Made by a program: the position numbers and the translations under genes. The notes under the pieces are model-generated. The model was given only the letters and a program-made list of their open reading frames with translations. It made no database searches and was not told the origin of the DNA. A stretch of DNA of 64,000 bases, taken from positions 2,624,001-2,688,000 of the forward strand of contig CAWDML010000001.1 of the NCBI GenBank assembly GCA_963803435.1. The letters run 5' to 3'. Each line of letters begins with the position of its first letter. The first letter of the stretch is position 1. Shown here piece by piece: positions 39,211-50,787 of the stretch. The stretch comes from an uncultured delta proteobacterium. GTDB taxonomy: Bacteria > Myxococcota > Kuafuiibacteriia > Kuafuiibacteriales > Kuafuiibacteriaceae.

Positions 39211-40352
39211 TGCCAGACGTCCTCCGCGCACGCGTCCATCGCACGACGGATCACGACGGCCTTCTGGAACAGCTCCGGATCCGAGATCCTCTTCAAGAGC
39301 TGCTCCACGCGCGCCCGGTTCCCGGCCAGGTAGTGCGCGTAGGCAAGCGCGTACGCGATGTGCTCGTCCTCGAGCAGACCGAGGCGGGCCAGGCGGTCGT
39401 CGAGCGCCGCCGCCTCCTCGTATCGCTCGAGCTCGATGAGCAGGTTCAACCGCTGCCGGATCTTCTCCTTCTGATCCACGACCAGGGAGCTCATGTGGAG
39501 CGCGCGCTCGTACTGTCCTGCGCGCCGGAACAGCTCGGCCGCGTGGAGCGCCGCGGTCGAGTCGACCAGCGCTACCGGATAGAGGACGCCCGCCGCCGAG
39601 AGCGGACGCTCCAGCTCATAGTAGGTCCGTGCCAGCTGGCGCCGGATCGAGTCGTCCTCCGGGAAGCGCAGGATGCCTTGCTCCAGCAGCAGCGCCGCGC
39701 GCTCGAGCTGCTTGGCGGAGGCGAGCGCCGTGGCGGTGGCGAGGTAGTCCTTCGCCTCGGCCTCGGCCTTCTGCAGGAACCGCTGCGCCGCCTCGAGGCC
39801 GCTCTGATAGAGGCCGAGATCGATCATCAGTCGGACCCGCTGCCGTTCGAGCTCGACGTCCTCGGGGAACTTGCGCGCGCCGCGATCGATGGCGGCGAAG
39901 GCCGCGTGCTTGTTGCCGCGCAGATAGTAGGCGCTCGCCTGGACCCGGTACGGACCGGGGTGCTCCCAGATCGCGGGCGGCGCGGCGCGGAGGGCCTCGA
40001 TGGCGCCGTCGGGATCCTTGTTCCCGAACAGCGCGCTGGCGAGCGAGTAGTGGGTGGCGGGCGAGGCATCGCCGGCGGCGAGCGCGGCCCGGAAGTCGGC
40101 GGCGGCCTCACGGTAGAGCGTGAGCTCGAACTCGGCCAGCCCGCGGACGCGGTGGTATTCGGCGGCGTCGACCTTCCCGTCCTCGATCTTCACCTCCTCC
40201 AGCGCGGCCATCGCGCGCTTGGGGAAGCCGTCCTTCAGGAGCAGTCGCGCCAGGGCCAGCGGATCGACCTCGGCCTCCTTCTTCTTCTTCGCCTCGGCGA
40301 CGCCGGCCGTGAGGAGCGTGGCGGCCGCGATCAGTAGGATGGTGCGCTTCAT
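39198..40352 (-). CDS. Tetratricopeptide-repeat exported protein (TtpD-like)
   Basis: Signal peptide and TPR-like helical repeats; position in the TonB operon. Confidence 0.75.
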   Translation of the reverse strand: MKRTILLIAAATLLTAGVAEAKKKKEAEVDPLALARLLLKDGFPKRAMAALEEVKIEDGKVDAAEYHRVRGLAEFELTLYREAAADFRAALAAGDASPATHYSLASALFGNKDPDGAIEALRAAPPAIWEHPGPYRVQASAYYLRGNKHAAFAAIDRGARKFPEDVELERQRVRLMIDLGLYQSGLEAAQRFLQKAEAEAKDYLATATALASAKQLERAALLLEQGILRFPEDDSIRRQLARTYYELERPLSAAGVLYPVALVDSTAALHAAELFRRAGQYERALHMSSLVVDQKEKIRQRLNLLIELERYEEAAALDDRLARLGLLEDEHIAYALAYAHYLAGNRARVEQLLKRISDPELFQKAVVIRRAMDACAEDVWQCDL

Positions 40353-40354
40353 GA

Positions 40355-41002
40355 TCAACCCAGGTTGAAGCGGATCGTCTGATCGACCCGCAGCGTCACC
40401 GGCTTGCCCCGGTAGGTCGCCGGCGAGAACCGCCAGCTGCGCGCCGCCTCCAGGACCGAGGCGTCGAAGAACCCGGGCGGATCCGACTCGATGATGCGGA
40501 CGTCCTGCACGCTCCCCTGCTCGTCGATCAGCATCCTCAACACCACGTGCCCGCTGACCCGCTTGCGCTGGGCGTCCGGAGGCGGCACCGGCTGGCGGTT
40601 GCTGGGGAGCGGCTGCGGCTGCGTGTCGACGGTCTCCTCGGTCATCACCATCTGATCGGCGTCGCTCCCGCCCGCGAGCATCGCGGCGGTGAGATCCTCG
40701 AGGGCGGCCGGCGCGTCGAAGAGGGCGACGCCGGCGCCGAGCGCGGACATGTCGGTGGCAAGGTTCGGGCGGGGTGCGCGGGCCGCCCGGCTCGGGCGCG
40801 GCGGCGGCGCCTCGGCGACCCGGCGCTGCTCGTGCTTCGGCCGCTCCGCGGGCAGCGCGATCTCGGCCTCCATCTTGGCGACCTCCTCCTTGGGGCGGAG
40901 CACCCGGCGGTTCATCACCAGGAGGAAGCAGGAGAGGATCCCGCAGCCGGCGAGAACGGCCACGGCGCCTCCCAGGTACCGCTTGAGATGGAGCGACGCC
41001 AC
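40355..41002 (-). CDS. tonB: Energy transducer TonB
   Basis: N-terminal TM, Pro-rich linker, C-domain SGHVVLRMLIDEQG...WRFSPA..GKPV. Confidence 0.88.
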   Translation of the reverse strand: MASLHLKRYLGGAVAVLAGCGILSCFLLVMNRRVLRPKEEVAKMEAEIALPAERPKHEQRRVAEAPPPRPSRAARAPRPNLATDMSALGAGVALFDAPAALEDLTAAMLAGGSDADQMVMTEETVDTQPQPLPSNRQPVPPPDAQRKRVSGHVVLRMLIDEQGSVQDVRIIESDPPGFFDASVLEAARSWRFSPATYRGKPVTLRVDQTIRFNLG

Positions 41003-41006
41003 GAGC

Positions 41007-41420
41007 TCAGCGACCTCCGCCCAGCTCTTTGTCGGTGGCGACGGTGACGTCGCTGGCGCCGGCGATCCGACTCTGATCGACGACCTCCACCACCTTCTCG
41101 ATCGCGATCGTCCGATCCGCGATCACCAGCACCTGCTTGTCGGCTCCGCCCCGGAAGGCGTCGCGCAGCTTGGATTGCAGCATCCAGACCTTGGTGGGGA
41201 TGCCGTCGAGATAGACAGCCCCCTGCCGATCGATCGCGACCCGCAGCGCCTTGCTCGGCGCGGTCGAGGCGCTCTTCGCGCTCGGCCGCTCCACCTCCAC
41301 GTGCGCATCCTTCTGGAAGGTCGTGGAGACCATGAAGAAGATGAGGAGAAGGAAGGTCATGTCGATGATCGGCGAGAGATCGATCCCGACCGCCGCTCGC
41401 TTCTTGATGATCGACTTCAT
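41007..41420 (-). CDS. exbD: ExbD/TolR biopolymer transport protein
   Basis: IDLSPIIDMTFLLLIFFMV motif. Confidence 0.9.
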   Translation of the reverse strand: MKSIIKKRAAVGIDLSPIIDMTFLLLIFFMVSTTFQKDAHVEVERPSAKSASTAPSKALRVAIDRQGAVYLDGIPTKVWMLQSKLRDAFRGGADKQVLVIADRTIAIEKVVEVVDQSRIAGASDVTVATDKELGGGR

Positions 41421-42014
41421 GAGAGCGTCTCCTGGATCAGGAGGTCCTTGAGCTTGGCGAGCTCGAGCTCGAGCTCGGTCTGTCGCCGGTCGAGCAGCCC
41501 GCCCAGGATCAGGCCGGGGACCGCCACCACCAGGCCGAGCTCGGTCGAGTAGAGCGCCTCCGCGATCCCGCCCGCGAATCCCTCCGCCGGTCGCGCTGAT
41601 GAACGTGCTGTCGCCGAGCGAGTCGAACGTCTCGATCATGCCGGTCACCGTCCCCAGCAGCCCGAGCAGCGGCGCCACGCCCACGATGCTCTGGACCAGC
41701 CCGCCGAAGCGGCCCACCTCCGTCTCCTGCGAGAAGAAGAGCTCATCGAGGCGATGGCGGAGCCGCTCAGGTTGGGTCTGAAGGAGGGTCCAGCCGTCGA
41801 GCGCCGCCTGCGACAGCACGCTGGTCGGCCGCACCATCAGCCCGTGGCGCACCTCCTCGAGCAACAGGCGCGCGCCCTTCTTCGTGCCGCCGTGGAGCAT
41901 CACGTAGCGATAGCCGAGGCCGAAGAACAGGAGCACGGCGCACACCACCAGCGGCGGCATCACCTGCCCGCCCTTCATCAGGACGCGGCCCAGCTCCTGG
42001 AGCACGTGGGGCAT
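41417..42014 (-). CDS. exbB: ExbB/TolQ proton channel (frameshift near 41575)
   Basis: APLLGLLGTVTGMIETF; resumes GGIAEALYSTELGLVVAVP in another frame. Confidence 0.8.
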
Positions 42015-42016
42015 GA

Positions 42017-43362
<1,346 letters not shown>

Positions 43363-43363
<1 letters not shown>

Positions 43364-44127
43364 CACCGGACCTCCGAGATCGCGTAGGGGAGCTCGTAGA
43401 AGCCGACACGCACCCGCTTCTCCAGCGCCTCGAAGAGCGCCGCCGTGCGTTCGAGATCGGCTCGGTCCTGGAACGGCCGGTAGCCGAAGGTCCCGTCGGG
43501 CTGGCGAACGGCGGCCCCATACTTGCCGTCCGGCGTCTTGAAGTAGAGCGCGACCATCCCGAGGCGCGCGACCGAGGCCAGCATCTGCTCGCCGTCGACC
43601 TCGATCGTCTGCTGATAGAGGCCGTTCTCCCGCGTCAGCCGGACCTCGTCCTCGACCCAGGTCCACAGCCGGTTGAGCGCGACCGAGGGGAGGATCGTGT
43701 GGTCTTCGACCTCGCGGGCGATCTTGTGGAGCTCCTCCAGGCGGTCCTCGGTGCGGAACGGGATGCCCGACCGGACCGTCCGCTCCAGCGTCTGCACCGC
43801 GATCCCGATCGCCGGCGCGAGCTTGTCCTGCTCCTGCCCGGCCTCGGCAATCCGGCCCCGGATACGGCCCAGGTCCTGCTCGAGCTGCTGGAGCCGCAGC
43901 TGCTCCCGCTGGATCTCCGCCTCGACGCCGGCCTTCTGTGCCACCAGCGAGCGCATCTGGCTCTTGCCCGCCTCCTTCTTCTCCTCGATCTCGGAGGTCT
44001 TCGATTCGACCTCGCCGCGGAGCCTGGACAGCTCCGCGGCCATCTCGTCGACGGTCGACTGCGCGTGCGCGGTGGGGATCCCGAGCGTCGTGAGGGCTGC
44101 AAGCGTGAGGGTCTCGAGGAGTCTCAT
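43363..44127 (-). CDS. DUF3450-family protein (TtpB-like)
   Basis: Signal peptide, coiled coil, IPFRTEDRL, RLGMVALYF; first gene of the TonB operon. Confidence 0.75.
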
Positions 44128-44189
44128 CGATGGCGACGAGATACTCACGGGCCTCCGTGTAGTTGAAGCGACTCTTCCGGATCGGGCTG

Positions 44190-44205
44190 GTGACAACGTT
44201 GTGAC
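44190..44205 (-). promoter_or_regulatory. Pho-box-like direct repeat
   Basis: GTCACAACGTTGTCAC on the - strand (GTCAC at 11-bp spacing), between the TonB operon and the PhoB-like gene. Confidence 0.55.
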
Positions 44206-44258
44206 GAGTGCGCTCGAGCGTTGACAGCCTTCGAGGCCGCAACGAACGTCGCGAGCGC

Positions 44259-44966
44259 GTGTCGGATCTGATCCTGATCGTCGAGGACGAGGAGGATCTG
44301 GTGACCGCGCTCCAGTACAACCTCGAGCGCGACGGTTATCAGACTCGAGCTGCCCGTGACGGCGCCGCTGCGCTCGAGCTGGCGGCTCAACGACCGCTTC
44401 CCGATCTGATCCTGCTGGACCTCATGCTCCCCGATATGTCGGGAAAGGACGTCTGCCGTCAGATCCGCTCCGACCCCGAGACCCGGCACATCCCGATCAT
44501 GATGGCGACCGCCAAGGGCGAGGAGGTCGATCGCGTGATCGGCTTCGAGGTCGGCGCCGACGACTACGTGGTCAAGCCCTTCAGCGTCCGCGAGCTCCTC
44601 CTCCGCATCCGCGCGATCATCCGCCGGGCCCGCTCCGAGGATCGGGCGGAGGGGCAGACCGTCTTCGGCGTGCTGCGGATCGACCGCGAGGGTCACGCCG
44701 TGTGGGTCGACGAGGAGTCGGTCCCGCTGACCGCGCTCGAGTTCAAACTCCTCCTGACGCTCTACGGCCGGCGCGGCCGCGTTCAGTCGCGCCGCCAGCT
44801 CCTGCACGACGTCTGGGACATCCAGGTCGACGTCGAGACCCGGACCGTCGACACGCACGTGAAGCGCCTGCGGCACAAGCTCCGCGAGGCCGGGCGCTAC
44901 ATCGAGACGCTCCGCGGCGTCGGCTATCGCTTCGTCGACCTCCCCGAGCACGCCCCGCCGGAGTGA
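44259..44966 (+). CDS. phoB: OmpR/PhoB-family response regulator, PhoB-like
   Basis: Receiver domain (IVEDE, LLDLMLP, GADDYVVKPFS) plus wHTH ETRTVDTHVKRLR...IETLRGVGYRF. Confidence 0.75.
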   Translation: MSDLILIVEDEEDLVTALQYNLERDGYQTRAARDGAAALELAAQRPLPDLILLDLMLPDMSGKDVCRQIRSDPETRHIPIMMATAKGEEVDRVIGFEVGADDYVVKPFSVRELLLRIRAIIRRARSEDRAEGQTVFGVLRIDREGHAVWVDEESVPLTALEFKLLLTLYGRRGRVQSRRQLLHDVWDIQVDVETRTVDTHVKRLRHKLREAGRYIETLRGVGYRFVDLPEHAPPE

Positions 44967-45008
44967 AGCACCCCACTTCGCTCGCAGAGTCGTCACGCGC
45001 GCGCCCTC

Positions 45009-46661
45009 GTGACGCCACCCTCGAGGGGCAAGCTCGCGAGCGTGGACCACCTCGGCAATGTCGCGTTGCTGTTCGGGAGCGGATCGCTGCTCTTGGTCTT
45101 GGCTTCGACGGTGCTGGTGCTCGTCGAGCTCTCACGCCGCCGCCTGCGCCCGCAGCACTGCCCTCCCATCACCGTTCTCCGTCCCGTCAAAGGGATCGAT
45201 CCCGGCTTCGAGGAGAACCTGATCGCGATCCTGTCGCAGGACTATCCGCGATTCCAGGTGATCGTCGGTGCGGCCGATCCGAGCGATCCCGCGATCGCGG
45301 CTGCGAGGAGGATCCTCGCCCGGTTCCCCGGCGTGGACGCACGGATCGTCGCGGGCGCGCCCAGCTTCGGGTTCAACCCGAAGGTTCGGAACCTGCGCTC
45401 CATGATCGAGGAGGCCCGCTACGACTGGATCCTCATCTCGGACTCGAACGTGCGCCCCGGCCCGGACTACCTCGCTTCGCTGGCCGCGGAGCTCGACGAT
45501 CCGAGCGTGCGCCTGGTCCACAACCCGATCGCCGGGAGCGGCGCGCGATCGATCGGTGACGCCTGCGACCACCTCCACCTCGGCACCTTCATCACCGGCG
45601 CGGTCGCGCTGGCGCGGGCGGCCGCCGGCCACCAGTGTGTCATCGGCAAGTCGATGCTGCTGTCGAGGACCGACCTCGAGCGACTCGGCGGCCTCGCTCG
45701 AGTCAAAGACGCGCTGGCCGAGGACTATCTGATCGGCCGCATGTACACCGACGCCGGCCTGCGCGTGGTCCGCTCGCCGTACGTGGTCCACACGCCGGGC
45801 GCCGGCATCGGCCTCTGCGCGTTCATGGGCCGCCACCTGCGCTGGAACCAGATGCGCCGTCGCATCTCGCCGCTGTCGTACACGGGTGAGGTGCTCCTGA
45901 ATCCGATCCCGTTCCTGCTCCTGGCGGCGCTCTCCCATCCCCAGATCGCGCTCGCCGGGGTCGCCCTCAAGTGCGCGGCCGACAGCATCCTTCTGGGCCC
46001 GCGGGGCCCACTCGGGCGCGCTCTCCTGATCCCACTCAAGGACGTGCTGATCCTCTTCGTCTGGCTGGCGGGCGCGTTTCACACCACGGTCGGGTGGCGC
46101 GGGCATCGGTTCCGCATCGGCGCCGGCAGCGCGCTGGTACCGTGCCCGGCGGGGCGCCCGTCTCGTCTGTTCGAGATCGACGCTGCGCTCCTGTGGAGCT
46201 TCCGCCGCTTCGAGAAGCCCGAGCTCACCGCCGCCGCCCGCGCGCTGACGCGCTCCGGCGATGCCGTCTCCTGGGCGATCGCGGGACTGGTCATGATCGG
46301 CGTCGGGGCGGGCCGGCAAGCGCTCTTGCTCGGCACCTCGGCGCTGTTCGCCACGCTGGTGGTCCAGGTCATGAAGCGATCGATCCGCAGGACTCGCCCC
46401 GATCGCATCCTCGTCGGGTTCGTGGCGCTCGCCGACAATCCCGACTCGTTCTCGTTCCCCTCCGGCCACACGGCGACTGCGTTCGCGGTCGCGACCGCCT
46501 TCCTCGGTGAGCCGACGATGCTGGTCCCGATGCTCTGGCTCCATGCGCCCAGCGTCGCCGCCAGCCGCTGCTATCTGGGAGCGCACTATCCGCTCGACGT
46601 GCTCGCGGGCGCGATCGTCGGAGTGATGGCGGGCGCCGGCGCCCGGATCATGCTCGGTTGA
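45009..46661 (+). CDS. GT21/HpnI-like (ceramide glucosyltransferase-type) glycosyltransferase fused to a PAP2 phosphatase
   Basis: LRPVKG, NPKV, ISDSNV, GKSM, LAEDY, RHLRW; C-terminal KRSIRRTRP, FPSGH, SRCYLGAHYPLDV. Confidence 0.8.
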   Translation: MTPPSRGKLASVDHLGNVALLFGSGSLLLVLASTVLVLVELSRRRLRPQHCPPITVLRPVKGIDPGFEENLIAILSQDYPRFQVIVGAADPSDPAIAAARRILARFPGVDARIVAGAPSFGFNPKVRNLRSMIEEARYDWILISDSNVRPGPDYLASLAAELDDPSVRLVHNPIAGSGARSIGDACDHLHLGTFITGAVALARAAAGHQCVIGKSMLLSRTDLERLGGLARVKDALAEDYLIGRMYTDAGLRVVRSPYVVHTPGAGIGLCAFMGRHLRWNQMRRRISPLSYTGEVLLNPIPFLLLAALSHPQIALAGVALKCAADSILLGPRGPLGRALLIPLKDVLILFVWLAGAFHTTVGWRGHRFRIGAGSALVPCPAGRPSRLFEIDAALLWSFRRFEKPELTAAARALTRSGDAVSWAIAGLVMIGVGAGRQALLLGTSALFATLVVQVMKRSIRRTRPDRILVGFVALADNPDSFSFPSGHTATAFAVATAFLGEPTMLVPMLWLHAPSVAASRCYLGAHYPLDVLAGAIVGVMAGAGARIMLG

Positions 46662-46711
46662 AATCGCACCGAGTTCACGCCACCCGAACGTGATCGTCAC
46701 ATCGCCCGGCG

Positions 46712-47251
46712 ATGCTCTCGGCCGTGACACGATATCGAGCTCGCACCCTCTCACCCGACGACTTCGACACGATCATGTCCCTCGAGCGCGCCCTCTTCGG
46801 AGACTCCGAAGAGGGCGTGCTCGGTCCCTACTACGTCCGGCTGTGCTGCAGCTTCTTCGGCCGGACCTGCTTTCTCGCGGAGGTCGACGGCCAACCCGCA
46901 GGCTACCTGCTCTCGTTCGTCAACGGCCGCGAGGCCTACTGCACCACGCTCGCGATCCTCCCGGAGTATCAGGGCACGCGCCTCCTCCTGGCGCTCCTGC
47001 GCGAGTTCACGCGCGCGATCGCGGACCGCGTCGACGCCTGCTGGTTCACCGTCGAGGAGGACAACGAGTCGGCGCGAGCGCTGCACCGCATGCTGGGCGC
47101 GGTCGAGGAGTCGGTGATCCCGAACTTCTACGGGCCGGGCCGGGCGCGGATCGTCTCCCGCGTCGATCGCGCCGCCGTCGACCGGATGGCCGAGCGGTTC
47201 CGGCGCCTTGGTCTGATCGAGACCCAGAAGGTCGAGGAGGTCCACGCATGA
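46712..47251 (+). CDS. GNAT-family acyltransferase
   Basis: LAILPEYQG, VEEDNESARALHRMLG. Confidence 0.8.
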   Translation: MLSAVTRYRARTLSPDDFDTIMSLERALFGDSEEGVLGPYYVRLCCSFFGRTCFLAEVDGQPAGYLLSFVNGREAYCTTLAILPEYQGTRLLLALLREFTRAIADRVDACWFTVEEDNESARALHRMLGAVEESVIPNFYGPGRARIVSRVDRAAVDRMAERFRRLGLIETQKVEEVHA

Positions 47252-48015
47252 GGTTCGCGCTCGCCTCTCCCGCTCCCGCTCCGCTCCGCAAGAGAGGTGC
47301 GATCGATCGCGGTCTCGACATGATCAATCTGGTCGGAGGGGTCCGCGTTCGCGGGCGCGTGCTCCCCAGCGATCCGGCCGCCCGGCTGCGCGCGCGCGCC
47401 CGCTCGTTGATGACCACGTGCGATCGGCTGCTCGAGATCCACGACGTCCAGGTGGAGCTGCTCGGCCAGCTCCCGCTCTCCGAGGGACCGATGGTGGTGG
47501 TGGCCAACCACCTCAGCTACCTCGACCCGATCCTGTTGGCGCGGCTCCTTCCAGCGACCCCGATCGCGAAGCAGGAGGTCGGCGACTGGCCGGTGCTGGG
47601 AGCCGCGGTGGCCGCGCTGGGCGCGCTGTTCGTCGATCGGACGTCGGTCGAGAGCCGAACGCGGGCGCTCCGCGGCGCGTTTCAATCGCTGTGCGCAGGG
47701 GCTTCGGTGATCAACTTTCCCGAGGGCTCCACCACGGATGGCCGCGACCTGCTGCCCTTCCACCGCGGGATCTTCGGGATCGCGATCAAGGCCGGCGTCC
47801 CGATCGTTCCGGTGCGGATCGACTATCCGGATCCGCGAATGACGTGGACCGCGGACGCCTCCTTTCTCCCCCACTACCTTCGCGTCCTCCGCATGCCGTC
47901 GATCGAGGCGAAGATCTGGGTCGGTGATCCGATCCAACCCTCACCGACGCGGCGCCCGGAGGAGCTCGCCGAGCGGGCCCGCGCCGTCATCAAAGACCGA
48001 GGAGATCGACGATGA
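47248..48015 (+). CDS. PlsC/LPLAT-family lysophospholipid acyltransferase
   Basis: NHLSYLD (HX4D), FVDR, FPEG; ATGA coupling. Confidence 0.88.
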   Translation: MRFALASPAPAPLRKRGAIDRGLDMINLVGGVRVRGRVLPSDPAARLRARARSLMTTCDRLLEIHDVQVELLGQLPLSEGPMVVVANHLSYLDPILLARLLPATPIAKQEVGDWPVLGAAVAALGALFVDRTSVESRTRALRGAFQSLCAGASVINFPEGSTTDGRDLLPFHRGIFGIAIKAGVPIVPVRIDYPDPRMTWTADASFLPHYLRVLRMPSIEAKIWVGDPIQPSPTRRPEELAERARAVIKDRGDRR

Positions 48016-48959
48016 ACCAGCTCTCCGCCGCCGCCTACATCCGCCAGGGGCAGATCCCGTTCTACCGGCTCGAGGTCGTCGAGCTGGGCTCGTCGGTCCC
48101 CTACTCGGGCCGCGACGCGGTCCTGGTCGGCATCCCCTGGGACCAGAGCGTCACCTACCGCGCCGGCGCTCGCTTCACGCCGTGGGAGCTCCGGCGCGTG
48201 AGCGCGCTGGTGCAGACGTACCACCCCACGCACCGCGTCGACGTGTTCGACGTGCTCGACGCGATCGACGGCGGCAACATCGCGGTCCCGCCCTTCGACG
48301 CCGGGGCCGCTCGCGAGATGATCCAGGAGGAGGCTACCAAGATCCTCCAGGCCGGCGCCTCGCTGTACGCGGTCGGCGGCGACCACTCGATCACGCTGCC
48401 GCTGCTCCGCGCCGTCAACGCCGTCCACGGCCCGGTCGCGGTCGTGCACGTCGACGCCCACTTCGACACCAGCACCGGGGAGCTCTGGGGCGACGACTAC
48501 CACCACGGCACGCCGTTCCGTCACGCGTTGATCGAGGGCCTGGTCATGCAAGGTGGCCTGCATCAGGTCGGCATTCGAGCCACCTGGGGCGGCAGCGACG
48601 AGGGCGCCTTCGCCGCCGACCGCGGGAGCCACATCTACGGGATGGCCCAGATCGACGACGGCGGGATCGATCGGGTGGCGCGCACGAGCCGCGAGTCCAT
48701 CGGCGATGCTCCGGTCTATCTGTCGCTGGACATCGATGCGATCGATCCAGCGTTCGCGCCCGGCACCACGATCCCCGTCGCTGGCGGCCTCACCTCACGC
48801 GACGCGATCCGGCTCCTGCGCGGGCTCGCCGGTGTGCGGCTGGTCGGAATGGATCTGGTCGAGATCTGCCCCGCGCTCGATCACGCGGACATCACCCTCC
48901 ATCTCGGAGCCCACCTACTCTACGAGGGGCTCGCGCTGCAGGCGCTGAACCAGCGATGA
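48012..48959 (+). CDS. speB: Agmatinase / ureohydrolase
   Basis: GGDHSIT, DAHFD, HGTPF, SLDIDAIDPAFAPGT. Confidence 0.8.
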   Translation: MNQLSAAAYIRQGQIPFYRLEVVELGSSVPYSGRDAVLVGIPWDQSVTYRAGARFTPWELRRVSALVQTYHPTHRVDVFDVLDAIDGGNIAVPPFDAGAAREMIQEEATKILQAGASLYAVGGDHSITLPLLRAVNAVHGPVAVVHVDAHFDTSTGELWGDDYHHGTPFRHALIEGLVMQGGLHQVGIRATWGGSDEGAFAADRGSHIYGMAQIDDGGIDRVARTSRESIGDAPVYLSLDIDAIDPAFAPGTTIPVAGGLTSRDAIRLLRGLAGVRLVGMDLVEICPALDHADITLHLGAHLLYEGLALQALNQR

Positions 48960-49555
48960 GACCGCGGGCGATCGTCCTCGTTCCTTCGCGGCCTGCGGGC
49001 GAGCTGGCGCGGGCCGTACGAAACGCCGGCGCGATCGGCGGGTCGGTGCTGGCTGTGGTGCTGGAGGCGGAGGAGCCCTGGTGGCGTCCTCAGCTCGTGG
49101 GTGGACCGGCCGACGGCGTGCTGATCCAACCCTTCGAGCGTGGGTCCGGCATCGCCCTCCTGGCCGCCGTCCTGCGCGTCTTCGGCGAGGATCCGGCGGC
49201 GCGGATCGTCGCGCTGCGTTCGCCCGATGCGGATCACCTCGCCGCAGCGCGGGCTGCCTGCGATCACCTCGACCGCGATGCGATCGTCCGTCTGACCCCG
49301 GCCGGCCGTTCGCCACCGACCCTGGTCGCGTCCGCCGGCGCACTCGTCCACCTGTATCACCGCGCGCATCCCAGCCTTCTCGGCGCATTCCTGCGGGACG
49401 CGAGCCACACGAGTATCGGATCTGCCGGCAGCCTCGACCACCTCTATCCCTGGCTCCCCGAGCTCGATCTGGATCGGGATGTCCTCCCGTTCCTCTCGAC
49501 CATCCGGACGAACAGCGCAGTCGGCCCTTTCGATCTCGAGCTCGAGCACCGTTGA
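48956..49555 (+). CDS. Hypothetical protein, degenerate sugar-phosphate nucleotidyltransferase-like
   Basis: IQPFERGSGIALLAAVLRV...DPAARIVAL resembles the mannose-1-P guanylyltransferase core, but no GGxGxR motif; ATGA coupling. Confidence 0.4.
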   Translation: MRPRAIVLVPSRPAGELARAVRNAGAIGGSVLAVVLEAEEPWWRPQLVGGPADGVLIQPFERGSGIALLAAVLRVFGEDPAARIVALRSPDADHLAAARAACDHLDRDAIVRLTPAGRSPPTLVASAGALVHLYHRAHPSLLGAFLRDASHTSIGSAGSLDHLYPWLPELDLDRDVLPFLSTIRTNSAVGPFDLELEHR

Positions 49556-50105
49556 CGGCCCCCGGTTGGGTCGCGTTCTCTCACCTCGATGATCCGTCGC
49601 GGCCTGGCGCTGGTGGTCGCGCTCGTCCTGGTCCGGTGGCTGCCTGCGTGGTGGTGTGGCCGCGACGCAGAGCGCTGGATGCGCGGGGACCCCGAGACCC
49701 AGCGTGCGCTGGCGGCGGCCCTGGTGTCGTTCGAGCGACGCGACGCCGAGCGAGCGAAGAAGCCGGCCAAGGATCGGTTCGCCGGCGAGTGGGCGCTGGT
49801 CACGCATCAGATGACGGCCCTCGGGCTGGCGCAGCTCTGCCTGGCCCACCCGGAGTGGAGGCCCAACTACGCGCCGGTCGTGACGCGGGCGGCGATCCAG
49901 AGCTTCCGGCCCGAGATGCGCGACTTCGGGACGCGCGCCTGGCATGGAGAGGACGCGCTGGCGAGCCTCGCCAGCTCGCACGGCCACGCGTACCTCGCCT
50001 ACTCGGCGCTGGCGATCGGGATGGCGCGGCTCCTCGACCCTTCGTTTCCCGCCGAGGTGGCGGCCAAGCACGACGCGCTTCGCCGCCTACGAGCGCCGGC
50101 TGCTG

Positions 50106-50413
50106 GCGTGACAAGTTGCAAACGCGCGACGGCAAGGCGGTCTACCCCCGCAGGAAGAGTATCGTCGAACCGGCGCTCGGACAGATCAAAGGGGCACGAG
50201 GATTCCGCCGGTTCTCGCTACGCTCCTTCTTCAAGGTACGAGCCGAGTGGGACGCTCGTCTGCCTCACCCACAACCTGCTCAAGCTCTACCGATCGAAGC
50301 TCGCGACCGTCGCGAGCGTCTGACTCAAGGCAGCCATCTTCAGATCGGGACCCGGACCGGGACCGGGACCCGGACCGGGGTCGCGTGAGCGCTTACGCGC
50401 TACACGCTCCTAG
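50106..50413 (+). mobile_element. 3' remnant of an IS1182-family element
   Basis: DKLQTRDGKAVYPRRKSIVEPALGQIKGARGFRRFSLR...VRAEW/LVCLTHNLLKL; ends at CTCCTAG. Confidence 0.7.
50346..50380 (+). repeat. Hexamer tandem repeat C(G/C)GGAC x5
   Basis: cgggac ccggac cgggac cgggac ccggac cgggg, seen directly. Confidence 0.8.
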
Positions 50414-50787
50414 CCGCCTACTTCGCCGGCTTCGCCGATCGCGCGCTGGCCGCCGAGCTCGCAGGCGCGCTCCTGTCCCAGGAGTCGACGTTCCTGGGCT
50501 TCGGCGCGATCCGCGAGTACGGGCCCGGTCACCACGGGCTCGGCGACGTCGACAGTGGTCCGGTGATCCTCGGCGTGTCCGTCTCAGCGACCGGCTTCGC
50601 GCTGGCGCCGGCGCGCGCTTTCGGACACCGCGAGGCGTTCGAGCGGCTCTACCGCACCACTGATCTCTTCGGCGTCCCGATCGAGACGGACGGCGAGACG
50701 CCGCTTCGCCACCGGCGGACCGATCGGCAACGCGCTGTTGCTGGCGTTTCTGACCAGCGGCCCCGAGCTCGCGGGGCAGGCAGAGTG

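Noticed and set aside
36880-41600. Programmed frameshifting or phase variation in the TBDR (~36900) and exbB (~41575)
   Set aside because: No slippery heptamer or long homopolymer tract at either site; isolated indels are better explained by sequencing error.
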